Below are positions 34,168-43,236 of a DNA stretch of 64,000 nt, in pieces. Both the position numbers and the translations under genes were made by a program. Each line of letters starts with the position of its first letter. The stretch's first letter is position 1. The notes beneath the pieces were generated by a model. The model saw only the letters and a list, made by a program, of their open reading frames with translations. It had not been told where the DNA came from and did not search any database. Location of the stretch: NCBI GenBank assembly GCA_903928915.1, contig CAIYSL010000098.1:35179-99178 (forward strand). Direction: 5' to 3'. This stretch comes from an uncultured Syntrophobacterales bacterium (GTDB lineage: Bacteria > Desulfobacterota > Syntrophia > Syntrophales > UBA5619).

Positions 34168-34183
34168 GCGGGGTGTTTCCGGC

Positions 34184-35131
34184 ATGATCCGCACGCGGGC
34201 GGACGATTCCGCCGCCTTGCTCTGCCAGGCGGAATGCATCGGGACCAGGGCGAAATCCCTGCTGGCCCTGCCGGGATTCTCCGGCCGGGTGGCTGCGGCC
34301 CTCGCCGACGTCGCCTACCTGACCGGGCGAGACGGTGAGGTCCTGTGGCTGTTTTGGGAAGCGGTGCCGCTCCACGGCCGCGGCATCGGCCTTTCCTTCC
34401 CGCCGGATTGCCTCCGCTCGGGCCAGCCCTTCCGGGTGGAGGGGCAGGATCTTGCCGTCGGCGGAAGGCTGGTGATCGCCCTCGGTCGGGCACGGGAATG
34501 GACCCCCGCTTCCCCCGGACCGGGGGACGTGGAACCGCTGGCCGGGCTGCAGGAGGCGGCCCGACGGTTGTTGGGAGCCCTGTGCCCGGCGATCGGCCCC
34601 GGCGAGCCCGGCGGGGTGATGCGCGGCCTTGCCTCGCTCTGTACCGGAGGCGACGGGGCGCCCTGTCCGTGCGAGGCGCGGCAGCTCCCGTTTCTGGCCC
34701 CGGTTTTCGACCTGATGGGGCAGTGTCTCTCCGGGGGGTTGACCGGAATCGAGTCCCGCGCCCGGGAACTTATCGGCCTCGGCCCGGGATTGACCCCCTG
34801 CGGGGACGATTTTCTCGGCGGCCTTCTGTTTGCGGCCTCCTGGCTGCGGAACGCCTATCCCGGAAACCCGGGCGTGGCTGCGCAGCCCACGGGCGCACTG
34901 GTGCGATGGGCGCACAACCGGACGCATCCCGTCAGCCATGCCATTCTGGCCGATCTGGCCGACGGACAGGGGCCTGAACCGCTCCATGCCCTGCTCTGGC
35001 TGCTCGCAAGCGGGGAAGAGCGCGGCGGCCGCACGATCGCGGCGGCAGATCGTCTGGCACGGATCGGAACTACGACCGGATGGTACATCCTGGCGGGCGT
35101 ACTTACCTGGTTACTCTCGGTTGACGCATAA
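34184..35131 (+). CDS. ylbF: DUF2877-domain protein (YlbF/AllH-like)
   Basis: 315 aa. GLGPGLTPCGDDFLGGLLFA and HPVSHAILADLADGQ motifs, as recalled for the YlbF family. Sits immediately upstream of the ylbE and fdrA homologues. Confidence 0.7.
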   Translation: MIRTRADDSAALLCQAECIGTRAKSLLALPGFSGRVAAALADVAYLTGRDGEVLWLFWEAVPLHGRGIGLSFPPDCLRSGQPFRVEGQDLAVGGRLVIALGRAREWTPASPGPGDVEPLAGLQEAARRLLGALCPAIGPGEPGGVMRGLASLCTGGDGAPCPCEARQLPFLAPVFDLMGQCLSGGLTGIESRARELIGLGPGLTPCGDDFLGGLLFAASWLRNAYPGNPGVAAQPTGALVRWAHNRTHPVSHAILADLADGQGPEPLHALLWLLASGEERGGRTIAAADRLARIGTTTGWYILAGVLTWLLSVDA

Positions 35132-35149
35132 GGAGGAGAACGAGCAGCG

Positions 35150-36406
35150 ATGGATGAAATCAAGCAAAAGATAGAAACGGCAAACGCGGAGACGGTGCGC
35201 CGCATCAACGAGGCCGATCCCGTCCTGGTGGATATCGCCCCTGCCGGCGAGGTCATCCCCGGTCTACACGACCGGATGGTCCTCCACTCGGGCCCCCCGG
35301 TGGATTGGCAGCGGATGAGCGGCGCGCAGCGGGGCTCCATGCTGGGGACCGCGCTGTTCGAAGGCTGGGCGAAGGACGCCGGGGAGGCGAACGACCTGTT
35401 CGCCAGCGGTGCGATCCGGTTTGAGCCCAACCACACCCACCAGGCCGTCGGTCCGATGGCCGGGACCATCTCCGCGTCGATGCCGGTCTGGATCGTGGAG
35501 AACAAGGCCTTCGGCAATCGCGCCTTCTGCCGGCAGGTGGAGCCGAGCCAGCAGTTCGGTAACTACCGTGACGACGCCCTCCAGGGGCTGCGTCTGTGGA
35601 GGGACCTCTGGGCCCCGGCCCTCAAGGCGGCCCTCGGCCGGATGGGAGGCCTCCCCCTGAAACCGATCATCGCCAAGGCGCTCCAGATGGGCGACGAGTT
35701 GCACAACCGCCCCGTTGCCGCGTCGAGCCTCTTTGCCAATGCCATGGCCTGCCCGCTGATCGAGGCAAACGTCCCGAAGGATCGGCTGCTGGCCACCCTC
35801 AGGTACATCACGAACCATGAGCTGATCTTTCTCGCCCTGGCGATGGCGGCCGCCAAGGCATCGGCAGACCCCGCAACGGGCGTCGAGTACAGCACGGTGG
35901 TCACGGCCATGGCCCGCAACGGCACCGACTTCGGCATCCGGGTCAGCGGCCTGGGCGAGGAATGGTTCACCGCCCCGGCGCCCAGGGCCGAGGGGCTGTA
36001 CTTCCCCGGGTACACCAAAGAGGACGGCGGCGCGGATATGGGCGATTCGGCCATCACCGAGACGGTCGGCTGGGGGGGGTTCGTCCTCGCCGGGGCAACC
36101 GGGATCCTCGCCCTGGTGGGGGGGACGCCGGAGGAGGCCATGTCCTACAGCAGGGATATGCGGCGGATCACCGTAACCGCCAGCCCGAACTACCGGATGC
36201 CCATCCTGGGCTTTCAGGGTGCGCCGGTGGGAATCGATATCCGCAAGGTGGTCCAGACCGGCATCGTGCCGGTGATCGACACGGCGATAGCCCACCGCGA
36301 GCCCGGCCACTCCATCATCGGCGCCGGCATCGTCCGGGCCCCGCTGGACTGCTTCAAGAAGGCGCTCCTGGCCTTCAGCAGGAAGTACCAGCCGAATCGA
36401 ACCTGA
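35150..36406 (+). CDS. ylbE: DUF1116-domain protein (YlbE/AllG-like)
   Basis: 418 aa. SD AAGGAGGAGAA. Size, position between the ylbF-like and fdrA-like genes, and overall pattern (VLHSGPPVDWQRMSG...) fit the YlbE family. Confidence 0.75.
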   Translation: MDEIKQKIETANAETVRRINEADPVLVDIAPAGEVIPGLHDRMVLHSGPPVDWQRMSGAQRGSMLGTALFEGWAKDAGEANDLFASGAIRFEPNHTHQAVGPMAGTISASMPVWIVENKAFGNRAFCRQVEPSQQFGNYRDDALQGLRLWRDLWAPALKAALGRMGGLPLKPIIAKALQMGDELHNRPVAASSLFANAMACPLIEANVPKDRLLATLRYITNHELIFLALAMAAAKASADPATGVEYSTVVTAMARNGTDFGIRVSGLGEEWFTAPAPRAEGLYFPGYTKEDGGADMGDSAITETVGWGGFVLAGATGILALVGGTPEEAMSYSRDMRRITVTASPNYRMPILGFQGAPVGIDIRKVVQTGIVPVIDTAIAHREPGHSIIGAGIVRAPLDCFKKALLAFSRKYQPNRT

Positions 36407-36421
36407 CAGCGGGGTGGGCCG

Positions 36422-37978
36422 ATGTGCACCGGAATTGTGATCAGAAAGAATGAATACCACGACTCGGTCTTCCTGATGCGCACCGCCGGGCGCATCTCCG
36501 CGCAGGAGGGCATCGCCCAGGCCCTCCTGTTCATGGGCACCGAGAAGAACAAGGAGCTCCTCGCGACCCTGGGTTTTCCTGCCGGGGAGCTGGCGCCCGC
36601 CGGACCCACCGACCTCATCCTGGCGGTTCGGGCGCAGACCCGGCCGCGCCTGGCGGCTGTCCTGGAAAACCTCGACGGGTGGCTGCGGGTCGAGCCGGGC
36701 CGGGGAACCGTGCCGGCGGCGCGGGACCTGGACGAAGCCCTGATCCGCCTCCCCCGGGCCAACCTGGCCGTCATCTCGGTGCCCGGGATGTACGCGGCCG
36801 ACGAGGCACAGAAGGCCCTGGAACGGTCGCTGAACGTCTTTGTGTTCAGCGACAATGTCCCGGTGGAACGCGAGCGCGCCCTCAAGCGGTATGCCAGCGA
36901 CCGCGGCCTGATCGTCATGGGGCCCGATTGCGGAACGGCGATCATCGGCGGCATCGGCATCGGCTTCGCCAATGCGGTCCGGCGGGGCCCCGTCGGCGTC
37001 ATCGGCGCTTCGGGCACGGGGATCCAGGAGTTCACCACGCTGGTGCACCGGGCCGGCTCGGGCATCTCCCAGGCAATCGGAACCGGCAGCCGGGATGTTT
37101 CCGACGCCGTGGGGGGCATCTCGCTGCTGGCGGCGCTGCGGGCCCTTGCGACGGACGCGGCCACCGGGACCATCGCCGTGGTATCCAAACCGCCGGGACC
37201 GCGGACCCTGGAGGCGCTCCTCCCGCGGGTCCTTCAGTCCACCAAACCCGTGGTGCTCTGTTTCCTGGGGGGGACCGAACGACCCGTCTCCCTCACCGGG
37301 CCCCACCGGACTGCGGCCACGCTCGACGAGGCCGCTGCCCTGGCGGTTCGGAACGCCACCGGCAATCTCCCGCCGGACGGCGAACCGAGCAGCGCCGGGT
37401 TGGCGGACCGCGCCCTGGGCGAGCGCAAGGCCATGCATCCGGCGCAGCGATACGTCCGGGGCCTTTTTGCGGGCGGTACGTTCTGCTATCAGGCCCAGCA
37501 GATCTTCCGGGATGCGGGGGTCGCCGCGTACTCCAACGCCCCGATCGCCGGGAACCCCGGACTGACCGATCCGCTGCAAAGCCGCGAGCACAGCCTGATC
37601 GACCTGGGCGCCGATGAATTCACCGCCGGGCGCCCCCACCCGATGATGGATTCGCGCCTGCGCCGGGAGCGAATCCTCGCCGAAGCGGCCGATCCGGCGG
37701 TGGCGGTGCTGCTCGTCGACTTCCTCCTGGGGTTCAATGCCGCGGCCGATCCGGCGGGCGAACTGGCCCCGGCAATTGCCGAAGCCAAGGGGGAGGCGGA
37801 GCGGCACGGGAGGTTCCTCTCCGTTGTCGCGTCGGTGTGCGGTACCGAGGAAGACCCGCAGGGGCTCGACCGGCAGGTCGCCTGCCTTGAGGAAGCCGGG
37901 GTCGTCGTTCTGCCCAGCAGCGCTCAGGCCGCCCGGTTTGCGGCGCTGCTGGCCGTTCAGGCAGGAGGAGCGGGCTGA
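36422..37978 (+). CDS. fdrA: FdrA/AllF-like protein (succinyl-CoA-synthetase-alpha-like fold), lacking the usual C-terminal segment
   Basis: 518 aa. MCTGIVIRKNEYHDSVFLMR..., GPDCGTAIIGG, VIGASGTGIQE and GRPHPMMD match the FdrA sequence as I recall it. Confidence 0.85.
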   Translation: MCTGIVIRKNEYHDSVFLMRTAGRISAQEGIAQALLFMGTEKNKELLATLGFPAGELAPAGPTDLILAVRAQTRPRLAAVLENLDGWLRVEPGRGTVPAARDLDEALIRLPRANLAVISVPGMYAADEAQKALERSLNVFVFSDNVPVERERALKRYASDRGLIVMGPDCGTAIIGGIGIGFANAVRRGPVGVIGASGTGIQEFTTLVHRAGSGISQAIGTGSRDVSDAVGGISLLAALRALATDAATGTIAVVSKPPGPRTLEALLPRVLQSTKPVVLCFLGGTERPVSLTGPHRTAATLDEAAALAVRNATGNLPPDGEPSSAGLADRALGERKAMHPAQRYVRGLFAGGTFCYQAQQIFRDAGVAAYSNAPIAGNPGLTDPLQSREHSLIDLGADEFTAGRPHPMMDSRLRRERILAEAADPAVAVLLVDFLLGFNAAADPAGELAPAIAEAKGEAERHGRFLSVVASVCGTEEDPQGLDRQVACLEEAGVVVLPSSAQAARFAALLAVQAGGAG

Positions 37979-38151
37979 TGTCCGAGAAGATCGAGCAGTT
38001 GTTGGAGAACGGCCCGCGGGCCGTCAACATCGGAGTGGCGGATTTCGCCGACAGCCTGCACCGCCAGGGGGCGGACGTCGTCCAGGTCACCTGGACCCCC
38101 CCGGCGGACGGCGACGCGGAAATGGACGCGATCCTCGCGCAGCTCCTCTGA
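37978..38151 (+). CDS. 57-aa ORF resembling the detached C-terminal segment of FdrA
   Basis: ATG overlaps the fdrA stop (TGATG). MSEKIEQLLENGPRAVNIGVADFADSLHRQGADVVQVTWTPPADGDAEMDAILAQLL resembles the C-terminal ...VINIGL..FA..L......VV...W.P.AGG... tail of E. coli FdrA (from memory). High third-position G+C. Confidence 0.55.
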   Translation: MSEKIEQLLENGPRAVNIGVADFADSLHRQGADVVQVTWTPPADGDAEMDAILAQLL

Positions 38152-38225
38152 GCGTTGCCGCGCGAGGCGCTTCCGGCGGTGTCATCCCGGGGAGAGGGTG
38201 AAACGACCGTCGCATGAGGGAAGCG

Positions 38226-39200
38226 ATGAAGAACAATCGTCAGCGGATCGTGATTGCCCTGGGGGGAAACGCCATCAAGCTTCCCCGCCAACAGGGGACC
38301 CATGAGGAGCAGCGGGCCGGCATCCGGTCCGCATCGCTGTGCATCCTGGAATTCATCAAGAACGGGTTCGACGTCGTCATCACCCACGGGAACGGCCCCC
38401 AGGTGGGAAGCCTGCTCATGCAGCAGGAGGCGGTCGCCTCGCAGCTGCCCCCCCAGCCGATGGACATCTGCAACGCCATGACCCAGGGGCAGTTGGGGTA
38501 CATGCTGCAACAGGCGCTGATGAACGAACTCAAGGCGTTGAACCTGAATTTCAACGTGGTGACGATGATCGCGCAGGTGCTGGTGGATCGGAACGATCCG
38601 GCCTTCGCGAATCCCGCCAAACCGGTGGGCCCCTTCTACGATGCCGCGGCCAAGGAACGGCTCGCCGCGGAACGGGGCTACCTGATGAGCCGGGTCCTGC
38701 CGCAGGGAGAGCGACCCTTCCGCCGCCTGGTGCCTTCGCCGGACCCGATCAGGATACTGGAGGTGAAGGCCCTGAAGAAGGTCGTCGACGCGGGCATGAT
38801 CGTCATCGCCGCCGGCGGCGGCGGCGTTCCGGTCATTCTCAGCGAACAAGGGGAGTTCGAGGGGATCGAGGGGGTCATCGACAAGGACCTGTCCGGAGAA
38901 AAGCTGGCGGAGGCGGTGGCCTCTGATTTCTTCATGATCCTCACGGACGTGCCGAACGTGAAGATCGGGTTCGGCAGTCCGGAGGAACGTCCGCTCGGTC
39001 GCCTGGACGTGCGGGAAGCCAGGCGCTATCTGCAGGAAGGACAATTCCTGGCCGGCTCCATGGCCCCCAAGGTCCTGGCCTGCATCCGCTTCATCGAATA
39101 CGGGGGCGACGAGGCGATCATCACCTCGCCGGACAAGGCGTGGGCTGCCCTGGAGCGGAACGAGGGGACCCACATCGTTCCCGGGAGGGGGGAGCCATGA
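38226..39200 (+). CDS. arcC: carbamate kinase
   Basis: ATG 38226 after SD GAGGGAAG. MKNNRQRIVIALGGNAI...VITHGNGPQVG...GGGGVPV are carbamate kinase signatures. Confidence 0.9.
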   Translation: MKNNRQRIVIALGGNAIKLPRQQGTHEEQRAGIRSASLCILEFIKNGFDVVITHGNGPQVGSLLMQQEAVASQLPPQPMDICNAMTQGQLGYMLQQALMNELKALNLNFNVVTMIAQVLVDRNDPAFANPAKPVGPFYDAAAKERLAAERGYLMSRVLPQGERPFRRLVPSPDPIRILEVKALKKVVDAGMIVIAAGGGGVPVILSEQGEFEGIEGVIDKDLSGEKLAEAVASDFFMILTDVPNVKIGFGSPEERPLGRLDVREARRYLQEGQFLAGSMAPKVLACIRFIEYGGDEAIITSPDKAWAALERNEGTHIVPGRGEP

Positions 39201-40144
39201 AGCACACCCACATCATCGAGGCCCAGCAGTTCAACAAACGGGCCCTGCAGGAGATACTGAGCGCGGCCGACCACATCCGGGAACGTGCGGAGCGGAACCT
39301 GCCGCTGGACCTGCTGAAGGGGAAGCTGCTGGGCAACCTCTTCTACGTACGGTCGATGCGCACCAATCTCTCCTTCGACTGTGCCATGAAGCGATTGGGC
39401 GGACAGGTGACCCCGATCGATTTCCCGGAGGAGTTCTCCTCCGAGCTGAGCGGGGGAGGCTTCGAAGACACGATACGGGTCGTAAGCTCGCTGGTGGACC
39501 TGATCGTACTGCGCCACTATCAGAGCGGTTCGGCGAAGCGGGCGGCGGACATATCGTCCGTTCCGGTCATCAACGGCGGGGACGGACCCGCGCAGCATCC
39601 GACCCAGGCGCTGATCGATCTGTACTGCATCGAAAAACTCAAAGGGGGGATCGACGGCGTCTCCATCGCCTTTATCGGCGACCTGCTGAACAGCCGCACC
39701 GTCCGGTCGCTGGTGTATTTTCTGGCGAAGTACTCGGGGATCAAGGTCTCCTTCGCCTCGCCGCGGGCGCTGCGGATCGGGGAGGATACGCAGGGGTACC
39801 TGCGGGAAAACGGCATTCCCTATGGCGAATCAGTGGACAACGCCGAAGAATTGCAGGACATCGTCTCAGGGGCGGACATTCTCTACCTCACCCAGATACC
39901 CGCGGCCCGCTTCACCGCGCATCCCGAAGACTACGCCCGCTCCCGGGAAATCTTCCGGATCGACCGGGAGTTACTGAAGATCATGAAGAAGGACACCTAC
40001 ATCATGCACCCGCTGCCCCGGGATTATGAGCTTCCCGGGGAAGTGGACGGGGACCCCCGGGCGGTGTATTTTGACCTGATCAGATACGGACAGTTCCTGC
40101 GGATGGGGCTGCTCTGCCTGGTGCTCGGGGTGTCGGCCGACTGA
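39197..40144 (+). CDS. aspartate/ornithine carbamoyltransferase-fold protein with non-canonical active-site motifs
   Basis: ATG overlaps the arcC stop (ATGA). 315 aa. HPTQ and HPLPR motifs are retained, but SMRTN replaces STRTR, SGGGFEDT replaces KGE(T/S)LxDT, and LTQIP replaces TRVQ. Confidence 0.8.
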   Translation: MKHTHIIEAQQFNKRALQEILSAADHIRERAERNLPLDLLKGKLLGNLFYVRSMRTNLSFDCAMKRLGGQVTPIDFPEEFSSELSGGGFEDTIRVVSSLVDLIVLRHYQSGSAKRAADISSVPVINGGDGPAQHPTQALIDLYCIEKLKGGIDGVSIAFIGDLLNSRTVRSLVYFLAKYSGIKVSFASPRALRIGEDTQGYLRENGIPYGESVDNAEELQDIVSGADILYLTQIPAARFTAHPEDYARSREIFRIDRELLKIMKKDTYIMHPLPRDYELPGEVDGDPRAVYFDLIRYGQFLRMGLLCLVLGVSAD

Positions 40145-40193
40145 CGTCCGGCGAAACGGCGGGCCTGCCGGAGCGCCTGCCCGCAGCGGCGTG

Positions 40194-41669
40194 CTACATG
40201 AAGATCTCGACCGACCGCTGGGCGATCAGCAGGAATCCGCGGGGAAAGATCCCCATGTGGAAGAGCGCCCAGACGCTGACGGCGATGACCACCCCGTAGG
40301 CCGGCGAGAAATCCGGTCGTCCCGCCGGTTCGGCATCGGCCGCCGCTTCGCGGAAATACATGTACATCACGACCCGGAGGTAGTAGTAGGCGGCCACGAC
40401 GCTGTTGAGCACCCCGATGACGGCCAGCCAGTAGTACTTCGCCTTGATGGCCGCGCTCAGGACGTAGAATTTCCCCATGAACCCCGCCAGGGGCGGCATC
40501 CCTGCCAGCGACAGGAGGAAGACCGTCATCGCGATCGCGATCAACGGGTGCCGGCCGGCCAGCCCCGCGTAGTGCTCGATCCCCGTCCGCTGCCTGCCCT
40601 TCTGCCCGAGGATGATCACCACGGTGAAGGCGCCGATGTTCATGAAGGTGTACACGAGGATGTAGAAGAGGATGCCCACCGAGGAAAAGAGGTCGCCCAC
40701 CACGAAGGCGATCAGGATGTACCCGGCATGGGCGATGCTCGAATAGGCGAGCATCCGCTTCACGTCATCCTGCACCAGGGCGGTGATGTTGCCGATCGTC
40801 ATCGTCGCCACGGCGATCAGCCAGAGCATGCCCGACCACGCCCCGAGCAGGGGCAGGAAGGCCGTGTAGAACACCCGGAGGAAGGCGCCGAATGCGGCGG
40901 CCTTGATCCCCGTGGCCATGAAGGCGGTGATCGACGTGGGCGCCCCTTCGTACACGTCGGGCGTCCACATGTGGAAGGGGACCGCTGCGGTCTTGAACCC
41001 GAACCCGACGACAAGCATGGCGATCCCGATCATGAACAGGGGGGTCAGCTGGAACCGCCCCGAGACGATGTAGTCGGCGATCTCGCGGATGTCCAGCAGG
41101 CCCGTCGCCGCGTACACCAGCGCGATCCCGTACAAGAGAAAGGCCGTGGCGAAGGCCCCGAGCAGGAAGTACTTGAGCGAGGCCTCTGCCGAGCGGGGGT
41201 TGCCGCTCAGCATCCCGCAGAGGACGTAGATGGCGATCGACATCACCTCGAGACCGATGAAGATCGTCACGAAGTGGGTCGACGACACCATGATCATCAT
41301 CCCCAGGACCCCGAACAACGTGAGGGCGTAGTACTCCCCCTTGACGATATCCTCGCGCTCCACGTACCGCAGCGACAGGAGCGTCACGAGGATCGCCACG
41401 ATCAGCGCCAGCGCCTTGAAGAAGGTGCCGAATGTGTCGATCGTGTACAGGCCGTTGTAGACGGCGGCGCCGGCGTTCCAGAGCGACAGGGTGAACAGCA
41501 GGGCCAGACCGCTGCCGACGAGCGCCACGGCGCCTGCGATCGTTCCGACGATCGCCCGCCTGCCGAATGCGCCCAGCAGGAGCGCGGTCATCGCGCTGAC
41601 CGTTATGATCAGTTCGGGGAGAATCGGCCCGAACGCCAATTCGGGTATTTTCACGAGCATGGTTTCCAT
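40194..41669 (-). CDS. nuoN: NADH-quinone oxidoreductase subunit N
   Basis: 491 aa, about 14 TM antiporter-like subunit. Last gene of the nuo operon. Confidence 0.9.
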   Translation of the reverse strand: METMLVKIPELAFGPILPELIITVSAMTALLLGAFGRRAIVGTIAGAVALVGSGLALLFTLSLWNAGAAVYNGLYTIDTFGTFFKALALIVAILVTLLSLRYVEREDIVKGEYYALTLFGVLGMMIMVSSTHFVTIFIGLEVMSIAIYVLCGMLSGNPRSAEASLKYFLLGAFATAFLLYGIALVYAATGLLDIREIADYIVSGRFQLTPLFMIGIAMLVVGFGFKTAAVPFHMWTPDVYEGAPTSITAFMATGIKAAAFGAFLRVFYTAFLPLLGAWSGMLWLIAVATMTIGNITALVQDDVKRMLAYSSIAHAGYILIAFVVGDLFSSVGILFYILVYTFMNIGAFTVVIILGQKGRQRTGIEHYAGLAGRHPLIAIAMTVFLLSLAGMPPLAGFMGKFYVLSAAIKAKYYWLAVIGVLNSVVAAYYYLRVVMYMYFREAAADAEPAGRPDFSPAYGVVIAVSVWALFHMGIFPRGFLLIAQRSVEIFM

Positions 41670-41675
41670 CCTCTG

Positions 41676-43214
41676 TTACGGTGCGCCAAGCGGTCCCTGC
41701 ACGGCGGGGGCCCCCATGGCGGCGATCCGTGCCTTCACGTACTTGAGGTAGCCGGCCGACGATGCGTCCATCTTCCGGAGGAACAGGCCGGGATACAGCC
41801 CCATCAGAAACACGAACAGGACGATCGTGGCGAGGATGAGGGTCTCGCGCTTCGTCAGGTCGGCAAGCAGCCGGTTCGCCTCCTGGGTAATCTTGCCGAA
41901 CATCACCCGCTGGAACATCCAGAGCATGTAGACGGCCCCGAGGATCACCCCGGTGGTGGCCAGCACGCCGTAGGTGACGTTGCTCCGGAAGGCGCCCAGG
42001 AGGATCAGGAACTCCCCCACAAACCCGTTCGTCCCGGGCAGCGCGATCGAGGAAAGGGTGATGATCATGAAGAAGACGGCCAGCCGGGGCATCACCGTGG
42101 TCAGTCCGCCGAAGTCCGCGATCATCCGGGTGTGCCGCCGCTCGTAAATCATCCCGACGACGAGGAACAGCCCCCCCGTGCTGATGCCGTGGTTGAGCAT
42201 CTGGTAGAGCCCGCCCTGGAGCCCCTGCATGTTGAAGGCGAAGATGCCGAGCATCACGTACCCCAGGTGGCTCACCGACGAGTAGGCGATCAGCCGCTTC
42301 AGGTCGGTCTGCATAATGCACATGATGGCGCCGTAGACGATGCCGATGATGGCCAGCCAGGAGATCAGCGGCGTCGCCGCGACGACGGCGGCGGGGAACA
42401 GCGGGATGGCAAACCGCAAAAACCCGTACACCCCCATCTTCAGCAGGACGCCGGCCAGGATGACGCTCCCCGCGGTCGGGGCCTCGGTATGCGCGTCGGG
42501 CAGCCAGGTGTGGAACGGGAACATCGGCACCTTGATCGCGAAGGACAGCGCGAAGGCCGCAAACAGCCAGTACTGCTTGACGGCCGGCAGGCTCGCCCGG
42601 GCGAGGGTGAAGACGTTGAAGGTATAGACCCCCGTCTCGGCGGCGTAGTGGAAGTAGAGGACCATGATGGCCAGGAGCATCAGCACGCTCCCCACCATCG
42701 TGAACAGGAAGAACTTGATCGCCGCGTAGATCCGCCGCGGGCCTCCCCACACCCCGATCAGGAGGTACATCGGGATCAGCATCAGCTCCCAGAAGATGTA
42801 GAACAACACCATGTCGAGGCTGCAGAGGGCGCCGATCATCGCCGTCTCGAGGACGAGGAAGGAGACGTAGTACTCCTTGATCTTGGTCTCGATGGCCTTC
42901 CAGGAGCAGAGGACGCAGACGATGGTCAACAGCGTCGTGAGCAGCACCAGGAGCATGCTGATGCCGTCGATTCCCACGAGGTAGCTGATGCCGAATTCGG
43001 GGAACCACTCCCGCTGTTCCACGAACTGCATCTGGACGGCCCGCTCGTCGAACCAGAAGAACAGCGGCAGGGAGAGGATGAACTCTCCGATCGTCAGGAC
43101 CAGCGCCGCCGCCTTGATGGTGAGCGTCTGCCGGCGCGGCAGCAGCATCAGCACCAGGGAGCCGGCGAGCGGCAGCAGGATCAGCGCACTCAAATAGGGA
43201 AAGGGTTCATTCAT
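41676..43214 (-). CDS. nuoM: NADH-quinone oxidoreductase subunit M
   Basis: 512 aa. Antiporter-like, with motifs FAIKVPMFPFHTWLPDAH and AYSSVSHLG. Confidence 0.9.
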   Translation of the reverse strand: MNEPFPYLSALILLPLAGSLVLMLLPRRQTLTIKAAALVLTIGEFILSLPLFFWFDERAVQMQFVEQREWFPEFGISYLVGIDGISMLLVLLTTLLTIVCVLCSWKAIETKIKEYYVSFLVLETAMIGALCSLDMVLFYIFWELMLIPMYLLIGVWGGPRRIYAAIKFFLFTMVGSVLMLLAIMVLYFHYAAETGVYTFNVFTLARASLPAVKQYWLFAAFALSFAIKVPMFPFHTWLPDAHTEAPTAGSVILAGVLLKMGVYGFLRFAIPLFPAAVVAATPLISWLAIIGIVYGAIMCIMQTDLKRLIAYSSVSHLGYVMLGIFAFNMQGLQGGLYQMLNHGISTGGLFLVVGMIYERRHTRMIADFGGLTTVMPRLAVFFMIITLSSIALPGTNGFVGEFLILLGAFRSNVTYGVLATTGVILGAVYMLWMFQRVMFGKITQEANRLLADLTKRETLILATIVLFVFLMGLYPGLFLRKMDASSAGYLKYVKARIAAMGAPAVQGPLGAP

Positions 43215-43236
43215 CTACTCGGTACCTCTCGGTTCC

